A stretch of DNA of 64,000 bases, from positions 33,728,001 through 33,792,000 of the forward strand of contig OX597821.1 of assembly GCA_951406725.2 (NCBI GenBank). Direction: 5' to 3'. Shown here piece after piece: positions 15,011-26,997 of this stretch. Position 1 is the first letter of the stretch; every line of letters starts with the position of its first letter. The DNA is from Octopus vulgaris. Its lineage: Eukaryota. The position numbers and the translations under genes are program-made. The notes under the pieces were generated by a model, which saw only the letters and a list, made by a program, of their open reading frames with translations, was not told the origin of the DNA and made no database searches.

Positions 15011-16882
15011 ATAACGCGCTACACACCTTCCTTCCAAGCACTGCTGTAAACAGCAGAAGTGAGCTAGAACGTTAAAACGTAGTGTGCATTCACAGCAGAG
15101 TTCAAAGTCAATCTGTGTCAAGTGGCTTCATTCTGCATGCATTAGCTTCGTTACTATGGCAACAGTCATCAGACCTTGTGTGTGTATAAAGCAGCAAGCT
15201 GGCAGAAACGTTAGCACACAGGGCGAAATGCTTAGCAGTATTCGTCTGCTGTTATGTTCTGAGTTCAAATTCCGCCGCGGTCGACTTTGCCTTTCATCCT
15301 TTCGGGGTCGATAAATTAAGTACCAGTTATGCACTGGGGTTGATGTAATCGATTTAATCCCTTTGTCTGTCCTTGTTTGTCCCCTCTATGTTTAGCCCCT
15401 TGTGAGCAATAAAGAAATAAGACCTTGTGTGTGTATGTATATATGTGTGTGCATGTATATATGTCTGTGTGTATATATGTATGTGTGTGTATAAAAAATG
15501 TGTGTACAAATAGATGTACAACTGCAATGGTCAAGTTTAGCACTCCATGTAGAGTGTCATAGTCCAGTCTGCTTCCAGTATAGTGGTTAAGCAACTGCTG
15601 TACTTAGTTGTATTACTTGTAATAGTATACAGAACAATCATATGAGAAATTATGATAAACACAAGTTTATATTAATTGTTCCCTACATGTGTTTAATAAT
15701 TTTGGTTGTTTGGAACTCTGCATTGGATTTGTGGAGGCACATGGCCTAGTGGTTAGAGCAGCAGACTCACGGTCGAGGGATCGCGGGTTCGAATCTCAGA
15801 CCAGGCAATGTGCGTGTTTATGAGCGAAACACCTAAGCTCCATGCACCCCCGGCAGAAGGTAATGTGAAACTTCTGCTGATTCTTTCGCTACAACTTTCT
15901 TTCACTCTTTCCTCCTGCATCTTGCAGCTCACCTGCGACGGACCAGCGTCCTGTCCGGGTGGGGAAACCTATACGCCAAGAAACCGAGAAACCGGCCCTT
16001 ATGAGCCGGGAATGGCTCGAGAAGGAACAAACAACAATTGGATGTGCCAAGTGCTGTTTGATGCTTAACAACAACAACGGATCATCAAAGAACACTAAGT
16101 TTTCAGTAACATAATTGAATAAAATGTTCCCTTGATGATCTGCAGCTGATAAAACTTCCAATTACACTCGGAAACATCCAGGGCAGTGTTCCAAACAAAT
16201 ACAATAGTGAAATGTGTGTCAGAACAAATATTATAAGCCTGTACTAGTAATTTCTTTTCTTTGTGTGTATGTGTGTATGTGTTTTGCTGGTGCCTATCAG
16301 TGAAAAGACTAAAATAAACTTATATATTTGAACATAAATACCTTGTGGTATTTATTGTGCCGGAGCTGTCCAGATAGTAATCCCTTGTAACACTTAACAT
16401 CAGAAATGCAGTCAACCAGTGATTGATCGATCCCATTGGGACCTGTAACTATTTACATTATTCACAAAATACAAGACACGGCAAATAACTGCCAAGAAAT
16501 ATTATCACTGTTGTTTGGCACTTGGCAATTTCAGATCAAATTAGCACAGTTTTGAGACAAGTGAATCAATCAGCTTCGTGGTGGTGGTAATGCTATGCAT
16601 GTGTCTCTTCTTTTTTAGTGTATACCGTATATACTTCCTTACTTTCTTCATTTTATTTTATGTTTTAATCATTTCATTAAATATAAACACCCATACTTTA
16701 TGTCTGTCTTTGTATTATCCCCTTCAACCTTTGCCCTTGTGGCAAATAAATGAAATCATCATTGTTATTAGTAGTAGTAATTTATTATTATTAGTAGTAG
16801 TTATAATTTAACCTTTAGCATTTAAACTGACCATATCAGAGCCCAATATCCTACCCGTTTTTATGTTCAAATTAGTCTCAAG

Positions 16883-17277
16883 GGATCTTTTCGGTTTGAA
16901 CAGCAGTTTTTTTCTAGCAGTGTCATATGAAATTGTCACCCATAATTATGACCCTAGTATCGATCTATTGCATTTCAATCTGTTTTAGGGTTAGGGTTAG
17001 TTTTCTTCACAAATGTAAATATACCCAATCTGTTTCTTAAACGAGGATATTATTCATACGGCACAGAATGTTTTTTAACTCAATGGACGTATTTGATTGG
17101 TTGAAATTGCAGAAATTGAAGAAAAAAACAACAAATATCTTACAAACTATAGAATTTTCTCAATAAAGTCAAGAGAAAAAGATGTTTTATTAACACATTC
17201 TACCCGTATATGAAGTTTAAAATTTTTTAGTTACCTAGAAATTATGTTAAAAACTGCCATTCAAACCGAAAAGATCC
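16883..17277. mobile_element. Second copy of the GGATC-TIR/TTAGGG element (a partial third copy lies at ~7822-7893)
   Basis: Same TIRs and body as 40050-40463; degenerate 8-bp TSD (gtctcaag / ttctcgag). Confidence 0.8.
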
Positions 17278-18024
17278 TTCTCGAGGTTTATGAAACAATG
17301 CATGCATAATTCAAAGCAATGTGAATAAGAGCACTTGGAGAGCACAAACCTCCACCAAGGCAACACCAACGTCCTCTCAATGATTAGCCAGAGATGATTT
17401 TTAAAGTGAGAATATCTGAAAAACTCGACTGCTCTCACAAAGGGAAATACTAGAAATGAACTCAACTGCTCTCAAAGATTAAGTAAAAAAAAAAAACAAG
17501 AAAAATAATTCAGAATCCTTGTCTGGTACCTGATCGATCCCAATGGAATGTGACAGTGGCTGTAGAAAACTTAGTAACAGTAATAAATAGTTTATCCTTG
17601 TCTAATACAAGCTAAAGTTAAATTCACCATTCAAAATAGTTACAGCCTAAAGGGAGATAATCAGAGAAAGACTTGACAGTGAACATAAGATTGTAATACT
17701 TCATGTAAAGTAAATATAACAAATAATCCAGAATCCTTGTCCAGTAATGGATCAATCCCAAAATCTAATCAGTTTGAGCTAGTCCTGAGGCCAAACATGC
17801 CTGAAAGTTTCATCCAAATCTATCCAGCGGTTCTTGAGATATCTTGTCCACGGACAAACAAACAAACGTGACTGAAAACAATACCTTCGCTAAGGCGGAA
17901 GTAATAAACAAAACATTACATTTGACAGAGTAATCTGAATGCTAATAGGTTAAATTGATAAAATTGCAACAAAAATTACAACTCAATAACTATTATTGTA
18001 ATATACCAAAAAAAAACCCCCAGC

Positions 18025-18054
18025 TTTTTTCATCTTTTTTTTTTTATTCTACAG
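18025..18054 (+). promoter_or_regulatory. 3' splice acceptor of the G-gamma coding exon (exon starts at 18055)
   Basis: Long polypyrimidine tract 'ttttttcatctttttttttttattctacAG' ending 37 nt before the ATG; implies an upstream non-coding 5' exon that I could not locate. Confidence 0.8.
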
Positions 18055-18091
18055 GTGACAAAGCTCTATTTACATATATATACTTTCCAAA

Positions 18092-18307
18092 ATGCCTTAC
18101 CCTAACCAACATACCATCCAGTCCCGGAAAGTTCTCAAGGAGGAGGTGCAGCTATTGAGAATGAACTACAAAATAGTTCGGAAAAATATGAGTCAAACAA
18201 TCTCAGCACTTGTCAAGTACTGTAATGAGAATGCACCCAATGACCCACTGATCCATCCGGTCAAGGAAAATCCATTTAAAGAAAAACGACTCTGCATAAT
18301 TTTGTGA
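18092..18307 (+). CDS. Heterotrimeric G-protein gamma subunit (GGL domain), 71 aa, single coding exon
   Basis: MPYPNQHTIQSRKVLKEEVQLLRMNYKIVRKNMSQTISALVKYCNENAPNDPLIHPVKENPFKEKRLCIIL has the G-gamma hallmarks: N-terminal helix, 'L..YC....DPL', 'ENPFKEK', and C-terminal CaaX box CIIL (geranylgeranylation type). Length is typical. A strong splice acceptor lies just upstream. The paralog cannot be assigned by eye. Confidence 0.93.
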   Translation: MPYPNQHTIQSRKVLKEEVQLLRMNYKIVRKNMSQTISALVKYCNENAPNDPLIHPVKENPFKEKRLCIIL

Positions 18308-20571
18308 ATGCGACACACATTTTGCACATTTTGTACGTATTATGTTTCTGTGTAATCTTTTTGTTTTAGTTATTGAGCTGTGGCCATGCATACATACATA
18401 TATATATTATGGGCTTCTTCTGGTTTCCTTCTACCAAATCCACTCATAAGGCTTTGGTCGGCGCGAGGCTACAGTAAAAGACACTTGCTCAAGGTGTCAC
18501 GCAGTGGACTGAACCCACAACTATGTGTTTTGGAAGTAAGATTCTTACCACACAGCCATGTCTGCGTCTTTTTTATGGTTTTTCTTTTTTACTTTTATTA
18601 TTATTTTTTAAAGTCTGGTACTTATTCTATTGGGCTTTTTTGCTGAACCACTAAGTTACAAACCAGTACCAGTTGTCAAGTGTTGGAGAAATGAGTGACA
18701 GACACATACACATAAACACACACACATACACATGTATATTTCGGTCTTCTACACAGTTCCATCTACCAAATTTAATCACAAGGCATTGGTTGACCTTGGG
18801 CTATAGTAGAAGACACTTGCCCAAGGTGTTGTGCAATGGGATTGAACCCAAAACTGTGGTTGCAAAACAAGCATTTTTTGTTGTTTTTTACTTAAAAGAT
18901 ACTCTTATATTGGTTTCAGCCTTTGACTGTGGCCATGCTGGAGCTCTGATATTAAGTGTTTAGTTATATCAGCACTAGGGTAAAGATTAACGACCTCTTT
19001 TACCATGACCGTGGGATTGCACCTAGAAAGTTCCCCTCCTAAGCACAAGTTCAGACAAGATTGCATATGGAAGACCAGTTGTCGCCCATGCATACCAGCC
19101 TCCTCTCACCATATTATCCAAGGGAAAGGCAAAGGGGCCGATACAGCTTGGCACCAGTGACCTCACAACTCATTTCTTCAGCTGAGTGAACTGGGGCTAC
19201 GTGAAATAAAGTGCTTTGCTCAAGAACACAACACACAGCCCAGTACAGGCATTGAACTCACTACCTTATGATGGTGAGCCTGATGCTCTTTAACAATTGA
19301 TCAATGCACCTTCACACACACACACAAAGAGTAAAGAACCCCTTTGGTCATGAATGACCATGGGATTGCACCTAGAAAGTTACCCCCTGAGGCACAAGTC
19401 TGGGCAAGGTTGTATATGGAAGACCAGCAGCTGCCCATGCATACCTATTTCTTTATTACCCACAAGGGGCTAAACATAGAGGAGACAAACAAGGCCAGTA
19501 ATAGGTATTAGGTCGATTACATTGACCCCAGTGCGTAACTGGTACTCATTTAATCGACCCCGAAAAGATGAAAGCAAAGTCGACCTCGGCGGAATTTGAA
19601 CTCAACGTAACGGCAGACGAAGTACCGCTAAGCATTTCGCCCGGCGTGCTAACGATTCTGCCAGCTCACTGCCCATGCATACCACCCTTCCCTCATCATC
19701 CCACCGATGTTATCCAAGAGTAAGGCAAAGGGACCGATACAGCTTGGTACCAGTGATGTTGCAACTCATTTCTACAGCTGAGTTTACTGGAGTAGCATGA
19801 AATAAAGTGTCTTGCTCAAGAAAACACATAGCCAAGTCCTGCAATTGAACTCACTACTTCATGATGGTGAGCTTGATGCTCTAACCACTGAGTCATGCAC
19901 TCAGGTATATCAACACTAGCATTCAGTCTGGTTTTATTTTACCAATTTCTATTTATCAAGTCATTAAGAACTATATAACAGACACTAATTTGGAGGAAAA
20001 TTAGATGCGAGAAATTTTCAGTTGATTAAATTCTTCAATTTAGTTTTGATTAATGAATTGCTTGTTCCTGTAATAACTGTTTAGAATGTTGTAGCAGTAC
20101 CGAATGATGCGGAGTGGTCAGGGTACTATCTATTGTGCATTAGTACTGTTGCTGCTGCTGCCAGTACTGCTACTGCTATTAGTGGTGGTGGTGGTGGTGG
20201 TGGTGGTGGTGGCAGTATTGGCCAAGGTTGCTGTATTTGGAGCATCATTGCTGCAGTGGAGTCACATGGCTTAGTGGTTAGTGTCGGACTCATGATTGTA
20301 AAATTGTGGTTTCGATTCCTGGACTGGGTGACACATTGTGTTGTTGACGAAAGCATTTCATTTCATGTTGCTCCAGTCCACTCAGCTGGCAAAAAAGAAA
20401 ATCAGTAACCCTGTGATGGACCGGCATCCCATCTGGAATCTAAATTTCATGGAAACCAGGAAACTGACCCCTTATGAGTCAGCGTGACTTGAGAACGTAA
20501 CTTGACTACTTGCTTTACATCATTGCTACTGCTACTACTACTACAACTATTACTACCAGTATTAGCTAGGG

Positions 20572-20796
20572 CAGTGGTTTTCAACCAGGGTTCCGTGGAA
20601 CCTTAGGGTTCTGCCAGTACAGTACAGTCCAGGGGTTACGCAAGAAGTTACAAAAATGCTAAAATCGACAGTAATTTTTAATTCTCCTGTGCAGATATGT
20701 GTGCATAAGACAATTAAATTATTGCACAGGGGTTCCTCGAGCCAGTGAAATGTTTTCTTGGGGTTCCGCTCCAGCAAAAAAGGTTGAAAAGCACTG
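20572..20796. mobile_element. hAT-type MITE
   Basis: TIR cagtggttttcaacc / ggttgaaaagcactg; perfect 8-bp TSD agctaggg (20564-20571 / 20797-20804). Confidence 0.85.
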
Positions 20797-20866
20797 AGCT
20801 AGGGTGTTACTGATGGCGATGGTATTGGCAAAGGATGATACATCTGGGGCATCATTGCTGCTGCTG

Positions 20867-20914
<48 letters not shown>

Positions 20915-21139
20915 AGGCAGCAAGCTGATAGAATTGTTATTGTGCCAAGCAAAATACTGAGGGGCATTTCATCTGTCTTGATGTTCTGAGGTCAAATTCT
21001 GCTAAGGTTGACATAGCTTTACATCCTTTACAAAAGGATGTAAATAAGTACCAGTTGAGCACTGAGTCGATGTAGTTTATTCGCCTTTTCCCCACTTTAA
21101 GACCTTATGCTTATGGCAGGAACAACAACAACAACAACA

Positions 21140-21173
<34 letters not shown>

Positions 21174-21329
21174 TTAGCTTAAATAACAAATATCAGTTTC
21201 TGATTATTGTGATGAGGATGATAGCACTAGACTTTGGTGAATCAGTCATCTGTGACTTTTTTTTTCTCCATCTGGAATCATTAAATCTGCCTTTGCAGCA
21301 TGATTTAGTACAATACATATGTAACATTC

Positions 21330-21622
21330 GGTACTAGTATCATAGACTGGTCCCAGACGTAGGCAGTCGATCCTACGAGCTGACTGGCGCATGCACGATA
21401 TATACTTGTATCGATATATACGATATATAATTGTATACGATATATACTTGTATCGCACGTCCCCGATACAAGTATATATCGTGCGCGAATCGGGGACGTG
21501 CGATACAAGTATATATCGTGCATGCGCCAGTCAGCTCGTAAGATCGACTGCCTACGTCTGGCTAGCACGGATGCGCGTCTGCGCGTGTGTGCAAACCGGG
21601 ACCAGTCTACGCTACTAGTACC
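21330..21622. mobile_element. CpG-rich palindromic MITE-like element with nested inverted repeats
   Basis: Terminal IR ggtactagtatcatagactggtccc / gggaccagtctacgctactagtacc; inner ~60-bp IR (21353-21411 / 21501-21561); repeated cgatatatacttgtatcg modules in both orientations. Confidence 0.75.
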
Positions 21623-21683
21623 ATAACATTCTAACTTGCAGACATTTTCCCATTCATACACTTGATGCCAAAAAGAAACACAT

Positions 21684-21720
<37 letters not shown>

Positions 21721-22992
21721 TATGTTTTGGCAAAGGAGACAGGATCTACAAATGTTGGGACTTACAGGGAACTGAGACGCCTGGCAGTTTGCCATGCTTG
21801 AAAAGAGACATGTTGAGCTAAATAAAGTGTGGTTGCCCTTGCATTCAGATTCGTCCCTTGCAACCCACTCCAGCTGAACATCCTTTATCTTGCAGGCATC
21901 ATAAGTACTGATGCCATGTAAAAAGCACCTGTACTGGTGCTATGTAAAGGCACCCAGTACACTCTGCTAGGAAGGGCATCCAGCTGTAGAAACCATGCCA
22001 AATCAGACATGGAGCCTGAACAGCCCTTCAGTTGGTCAGCTTCTGTCAGACCGTCCTACTCATGCCAGCATGGAAAACAGACATTAAATGATGATGATGT
22101 ATTAACCAAGTTATGTGATCCATCATTACCACATTTCTGATAAAATACGCTGCCTTAATTTCACTTAATTTTCAAAATAATGAAGAATTTGGTAAACTGG
22201 TGTTTAAGGCAGTGAGCTGGTAGAATTGTTAGCACGTTGGGCAAAATGCTTAGTGATATTTCGTCCACCTTTACATTCGAGTTCAAACTTCTCCAAGGTC
22301 GACTTTACTTTTCATCCTCCCAGGATTGATAAAATATAAGTATCAGTGATGTACTGGTGTCAATATAATCAACTTACCCCACCTCTACAAAAAAAAAAAA
22401 AGAAGCTGTTAGCTCTATGACTGCTTTAACCAGTATGTGCTTAAAACGATAAAATAAAATGGTAGTTGTGGTTTGAGGGTAATTTGACTGCTATTTCTAA
22501 AACAGCTTGAGCAACCACAGAGACTCGTCCATCTAAGTTTTTCTGATCTGATATATTGTCAAGTCAAATTCGGTACGTTGAGATTTTCGTTATTCTGTCT
22601 AATCTATTAAAATGCCTGGTTCATCTGATAAGATGCAACATTGAATACTTAAAAATCAAAGAAACAATTCTGCGAGGTTTAATGAGCTGTTGTTTACCAG
22701 GTTTCCTTATCATGTGTAAATGGAGAATTGAAATCTTGTCCAGTGTTTCATGGAAAGCATGTCCTTTCCTTTGCAAAGGTACATAACTCTGTTTACCTCA
22801 ACTTACTGCCTGACAGCAATGAACATTACACCTTATTAATCTTATTACCAGTAAATGTAATTGTTCTATAAAATCAATACAGAAAAACATGGGAAAGACA
22901 AAATAAGTTAATTAGAGATACACGTCTTTAGTAAAATAGATTTCTAGCCACACAGTAAGAATTTCGTTGAGGTACTCCTGGATTATTTCTAA

Positions 22993-23389
22993 CTAGCAGT
23001 ATCGCCCGGCGTTGCTCGGGTTTGTAAGAGAAATAACTATATAAGCATTTTTAGAGAGTTATAGCCAAAAAGTAGCAAAAAAATGCATTAAGAATGGAAA
23101 AAAAATTATGGTAAATTTTTTTAAAATCGTTGACTCATCGTAGACATTTTTAGAGAGTTACTTCCCTTATATAATAGCGAAAAAATGCATTAAAATGGAA
23201 AAAAAATGATGGTAAATTTTTTTAAAATCGTAGACTCATCGTAGACGCGTGCTAATACCCAGAAGGGCTCGATATGAATCACGACTATAAGATACCCGGT
23301 TTTGATTAAACTGCACTGCAAAATGTGGGAGTAGTTAGGAATCTAAATCGTAGGAGACAGACACACAACTTGACTTTTATATATAAAGA
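22993..23389 (-). mobile_element. Non-autonomous Helitron
   Basis: On the - strand: A|TC 5' end (tctttatatataaaag), 3' GC hairpin cccgagcaacgccggg followed by CTAG|T; no TSD. Confidence 0.8.
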
Positions 23390-25285
23390 TTAGGTAATCT
23401 GATTAATGTATTCAAAATATCTTCACATTAAATTATTAAACCAGTGACTAAAGGGGGCTAGAAATAGCAACTGAATCACTCTCAAATCTGCATCACTACC
23501 TTTAAAATAGAGGAACGATACATTTAATGAAGTAGTCCCAGATAACTCCAAGAATTCAGGATAGTCAAGGTTGGAATGCCTATTCTGTCAGGATTGATCT
23601 GGAGCTGAACAACAACAACCAGTGTCAACAAAGGATCCTTATGTTGTTGCTTGACCTGCTAGAAATAGCAGTCAAAACTCTCTTAAACCTTGTTTGGAAA
23701 AAAATTTTAAGATAATTTTAGGTGCAAGAGTGGCTGTGTGGTAAGTCGCTTGCTTACCAACCACATAGCAGTCTTCACGTCCTTAACTCAGTACTCCACA
23801 ACCTTTTTCCCCTTGTGGTACACTTATATTCTTTTCAAAATTCAGCAGCACACCTCAACTAAAAATGGAGTGGCTGTGTGGTAAGTAGCTTGCTTACGAA
23901 CCACATGGTTCCGGGTTCAGTCCCACTGTGTGGCATCTTGGGCAAGTGTCTTCTACTATAGCCTCAGGCCAACCAAAGCCTTGTGAGTGGATTTGGTAGA
24001 CGGAAACTGAAAGAAGCCCATCGTATATATGTATGTGTGTGTATGTTTGTGTGTCTGCGTTTGTCCCCCTAGCATTGCTTGACAGCCGATGCTGGTGTGT
24101 TTACATCCCCGTAACTTAGCTGTTCAGCAAAATAGACCGATAGAATAAGTACTGGGCTTACAAAGAATAAGTCCTGGGGTCGATTTGCTTGACTAAAGGC
24201 GATGCTCCAGCATGGCCACAGTCAAATGACTGAAACAAGTAAAAGAGTAAAGGAGGAGGTGCAGCTATTGAGAATGAACTACAAAATAGTTTGGAAATGA
24301 CTGAAATGTATAGGGAAAAAAATTAGACACCTAGCATTGTCTCATGGCACACCAGTGTGCCACGGCATACCAGTTGCAGAGCACTGCCTTAACTTGATAT
24401 TCAGTGTCTTCCACAAGTTGTTTGATATGTCCTCTTCATGGTCTGCTGATAGATGTAAATCCATGCATGAGTTTTCAGTTAAGGAAATTGCTGGATATTT
24501 CATTGCAATCACATGGAGTACATAATCACGTGATCGACCAGGCTATCAGATGTTGCTACACATCGGTGGTCACAATGCGCTTCACATTGTTTTAGCCTTC
24601 AAATGATGCCACCCCGCTGGCTAAGCGAGCAGGGATCGTCACTACCCCCCTGCCGGAGCCTCGTGCAGCATTAGGTGTTTTCGCTCAATAAACACTCACA
24701 ACGCCTGGTCTGGGAATCGAAACCACGATGCTATGACCGCGAGTCCGCTGCCCTAGCCACTGGGCCATTGCACCTCCACGGAGTACATCATACCTAGGTA
24801 AAATATGGAATGGCCATAAATGGAATAGTGGAAGTGCATGGCTTAGTGGTTAGGGTGTTGGATTTATCTCGTAAGATTATGGTTTTGATTCATGGACCAG
24901 GCATTGTTGCAGCCCACTCATCTGGTAAGAATGCATTATTCTGTGACAGACTTGTATTCTGTCCCAGGGTGAATATAAATACACCAGGAAAACTTGGAAA
25001 CCAACCCTATACTTGTTATGGGGTAATGTGGACTGACCATGGCTGGAATGCTTTAGATCACTAGTCTACTTCTTCAGGGCTGACATAAGGTCAAACAACA
25101 GCAAAATCTGGTGCTGCTACTCAAATCAGCAACGTTTCTTAACATTTTAGTTGTTCGTTATCAACATTAATTTATATGCAGATGTATTTCTACAGTCAAT
25201 AAGTTTAATTTGATAATAATTAAATTATGTCAGTTCTGTCTTCGTTATATAATCAACTAATTTCTTTTGTCTTTTCTTTTCACAG

Positions 25286-25680
25286 ATCAAGATGTTTTTT
25301 TTTTTTCTAAATTTATTTTTGGTCCCACGAACTTGGTCTTTTAGTACCATTGCTACTCTACCACCGCCATATGGGGGGGAAAAATTTCTTTCCATATACT
25401 ACATCCTCTTTTGAGGAAATTCTAACAAACACACACACACACACATACAATATATATGTAAAAAAAATTTTCTTTCTCTTTTTTTATATTCTTGTACTAA
25501 AAATAAAAATATTGAAATGAATTTTTTTTAAAAATTTTAATTATTATATTGATTATAAAAGCAATCATGAAAAACATGTAATAAACACACATACAAAAAA
25601 ATAAATAAAAACGGAAAGATATTCTTTCAAGAAGTTCAAACAATGAAAATAAATCATTAAAATTAGATGAATTATATTTT
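25286..25680 (+). other. Putative terminal non-coding (3'UTR) exon of the G-gamma gene
   Basis: Acceptor 'tttcttttgtcttttcttttcacAG' (AG at 25284-25285), AU-rich unique sequence, several AATAAA (~25502, ~25600-25609, ~25648) and a downstream U/GU-rich tract. Candidate donor GTACGT at 18333. Confidence 0.45.
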
Positions 25681-26007
25681 GGCTTTCTTGTTTTCTTTTA
25701 ATAACAGCAATTTTTTTTAAATTAAAAAAAAAATTAGATTTTTTGACAAGGTATTTTTGCTAATTTCTTATTAGTTCTTGCCAGTTTCATGGTAGTACCA
25801 GCTTGTTATTTGTTTGGTGTGGCTCTGTGGTTAAGAAGCTTGATTTCTAACCACTTCATCTCAGGTTCAGTCCCACTGTGGAGCACCTTGGGCAAGTGTC
25901 CTCTACTATAGACCTGAGGCAGTCAAAGCCTTGTGAGTGAATTTGGTTGATGGAAATTGAAAGAAGCTCATCCTGTGTGTGTGTGTATATATCCTTGTCT
26001 AGATATC

Positions 26008-26451
26008 CTTCAATCACCTCTGTCTACGCCGCATCCTTCGTGTCCGATGGCATCACTTTGTCTCCAACAATTCTGTCCGACACCAGTGCAGAATCACCTC
26101 CCTCCGACAAGTCATCCTAACGAGATGTCTGTGTTAGCTGGGTCATGCCCTCCATCGTCAACCAGGAGAATTCATCTACGAGGCAATTGCCCCAGCTCTC
26201 CTTCAGGGTTGGCGAAAGCGATGTGGTGGACAACGAAAAACCTGGCTGATGACAGTCAAGGCTGATCTGGAACCCAACCTAGGCCCCCATATCTACGGCG
26301 TTCGCCACTGGAATAAGGAGTGGTTGGAGATCACGTGGTCGTTAGCCTCAAATTGCCAGGCCTGGTCGGCGTTTGTGTTTGATGCAGCATTGAGGATAAA
26401 TAAAGCCAGCTCAACTCACCCCGGGTAAATGCTCTCAAGTCAAGTCAAGTC
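26008..26451 (+). mobile_element. 5'-truncated RTE-type LINE 3' end with (CAAGT)n tail
   Basis: HLCLRRILRVRWHHFVSN..LGHALHR..GWRKR.GGQRKTW..VKADL; TSD agatatc (26001-26007 / 26452-26458). Confidence 0.78.
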
Positions 26452-26770
26452 AGATATCATGTGATGGTCATACAAGCAAGATTGTTTATTTTTAGCCTGC
26501 TATGAAAACCATGTTTGGATATGAGGAAGTATTACCTTGCTTGGAAACAAGTGAGAGTTGGTGACAAGAAAGGCATTTATCTGGCTGTATAAAATTTGTT
26601 TCAACAAATTCTGCCTGAAAAAGGCAACAAAACCTGAAACATCATTTAAGCTTTTACTTAAAAAAACAAGTAAGGGTTAGTGACAGGATGAGCATCTGGC
26701 CATAAAAAAAATATGCCTCACTAATAAGTATTCATCTAATCCAGTGGTTCCCAAAGGTGGTACTGGGGGT

Positions 26771-26997
26771 CGGAGCTGGCAGAATCGTTAGCACGCCAGG
26801 CGAAATGCGTAGCCGTATTTCGTCTGTCGTTACGTTGTGAGTTCAAATTCCGCCGAGGTGGACTTTGCCTTTCATCCTTTCGGGGTCGATAAATTAAGTA
26901 CCAGTTACGCACTGGGGTCGATGTAATCGACTTAATACCTATGTCTGTCCTTGTTTGTCCCCTCTGTGTTTAGCCCCTTGTGGGTAATAAAGAAATA
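26771..26997 (+). mobile_element. SINE family B, young subfamily (tRNA-like head, conserved 'gcctttcatcctttcggggtcgataaa' core resembling the Nin/Sauria domain, LINE-like tail)
   Basis: B-box-like gagttcaaattcc; 12-bp TSD ggtactgggggt. Near-identical copies at 15188-15419, 19446-19668, 43718-43977, 47347-47550, 53514-53733 and 54390-54615. Confidence 0.85.

Noticed and set aside
16985-17000. Telomere or chromosome-fusion remnant
   Set aside because: Only 2-3 TTAGGG units, lying inside a repeated TIR element.
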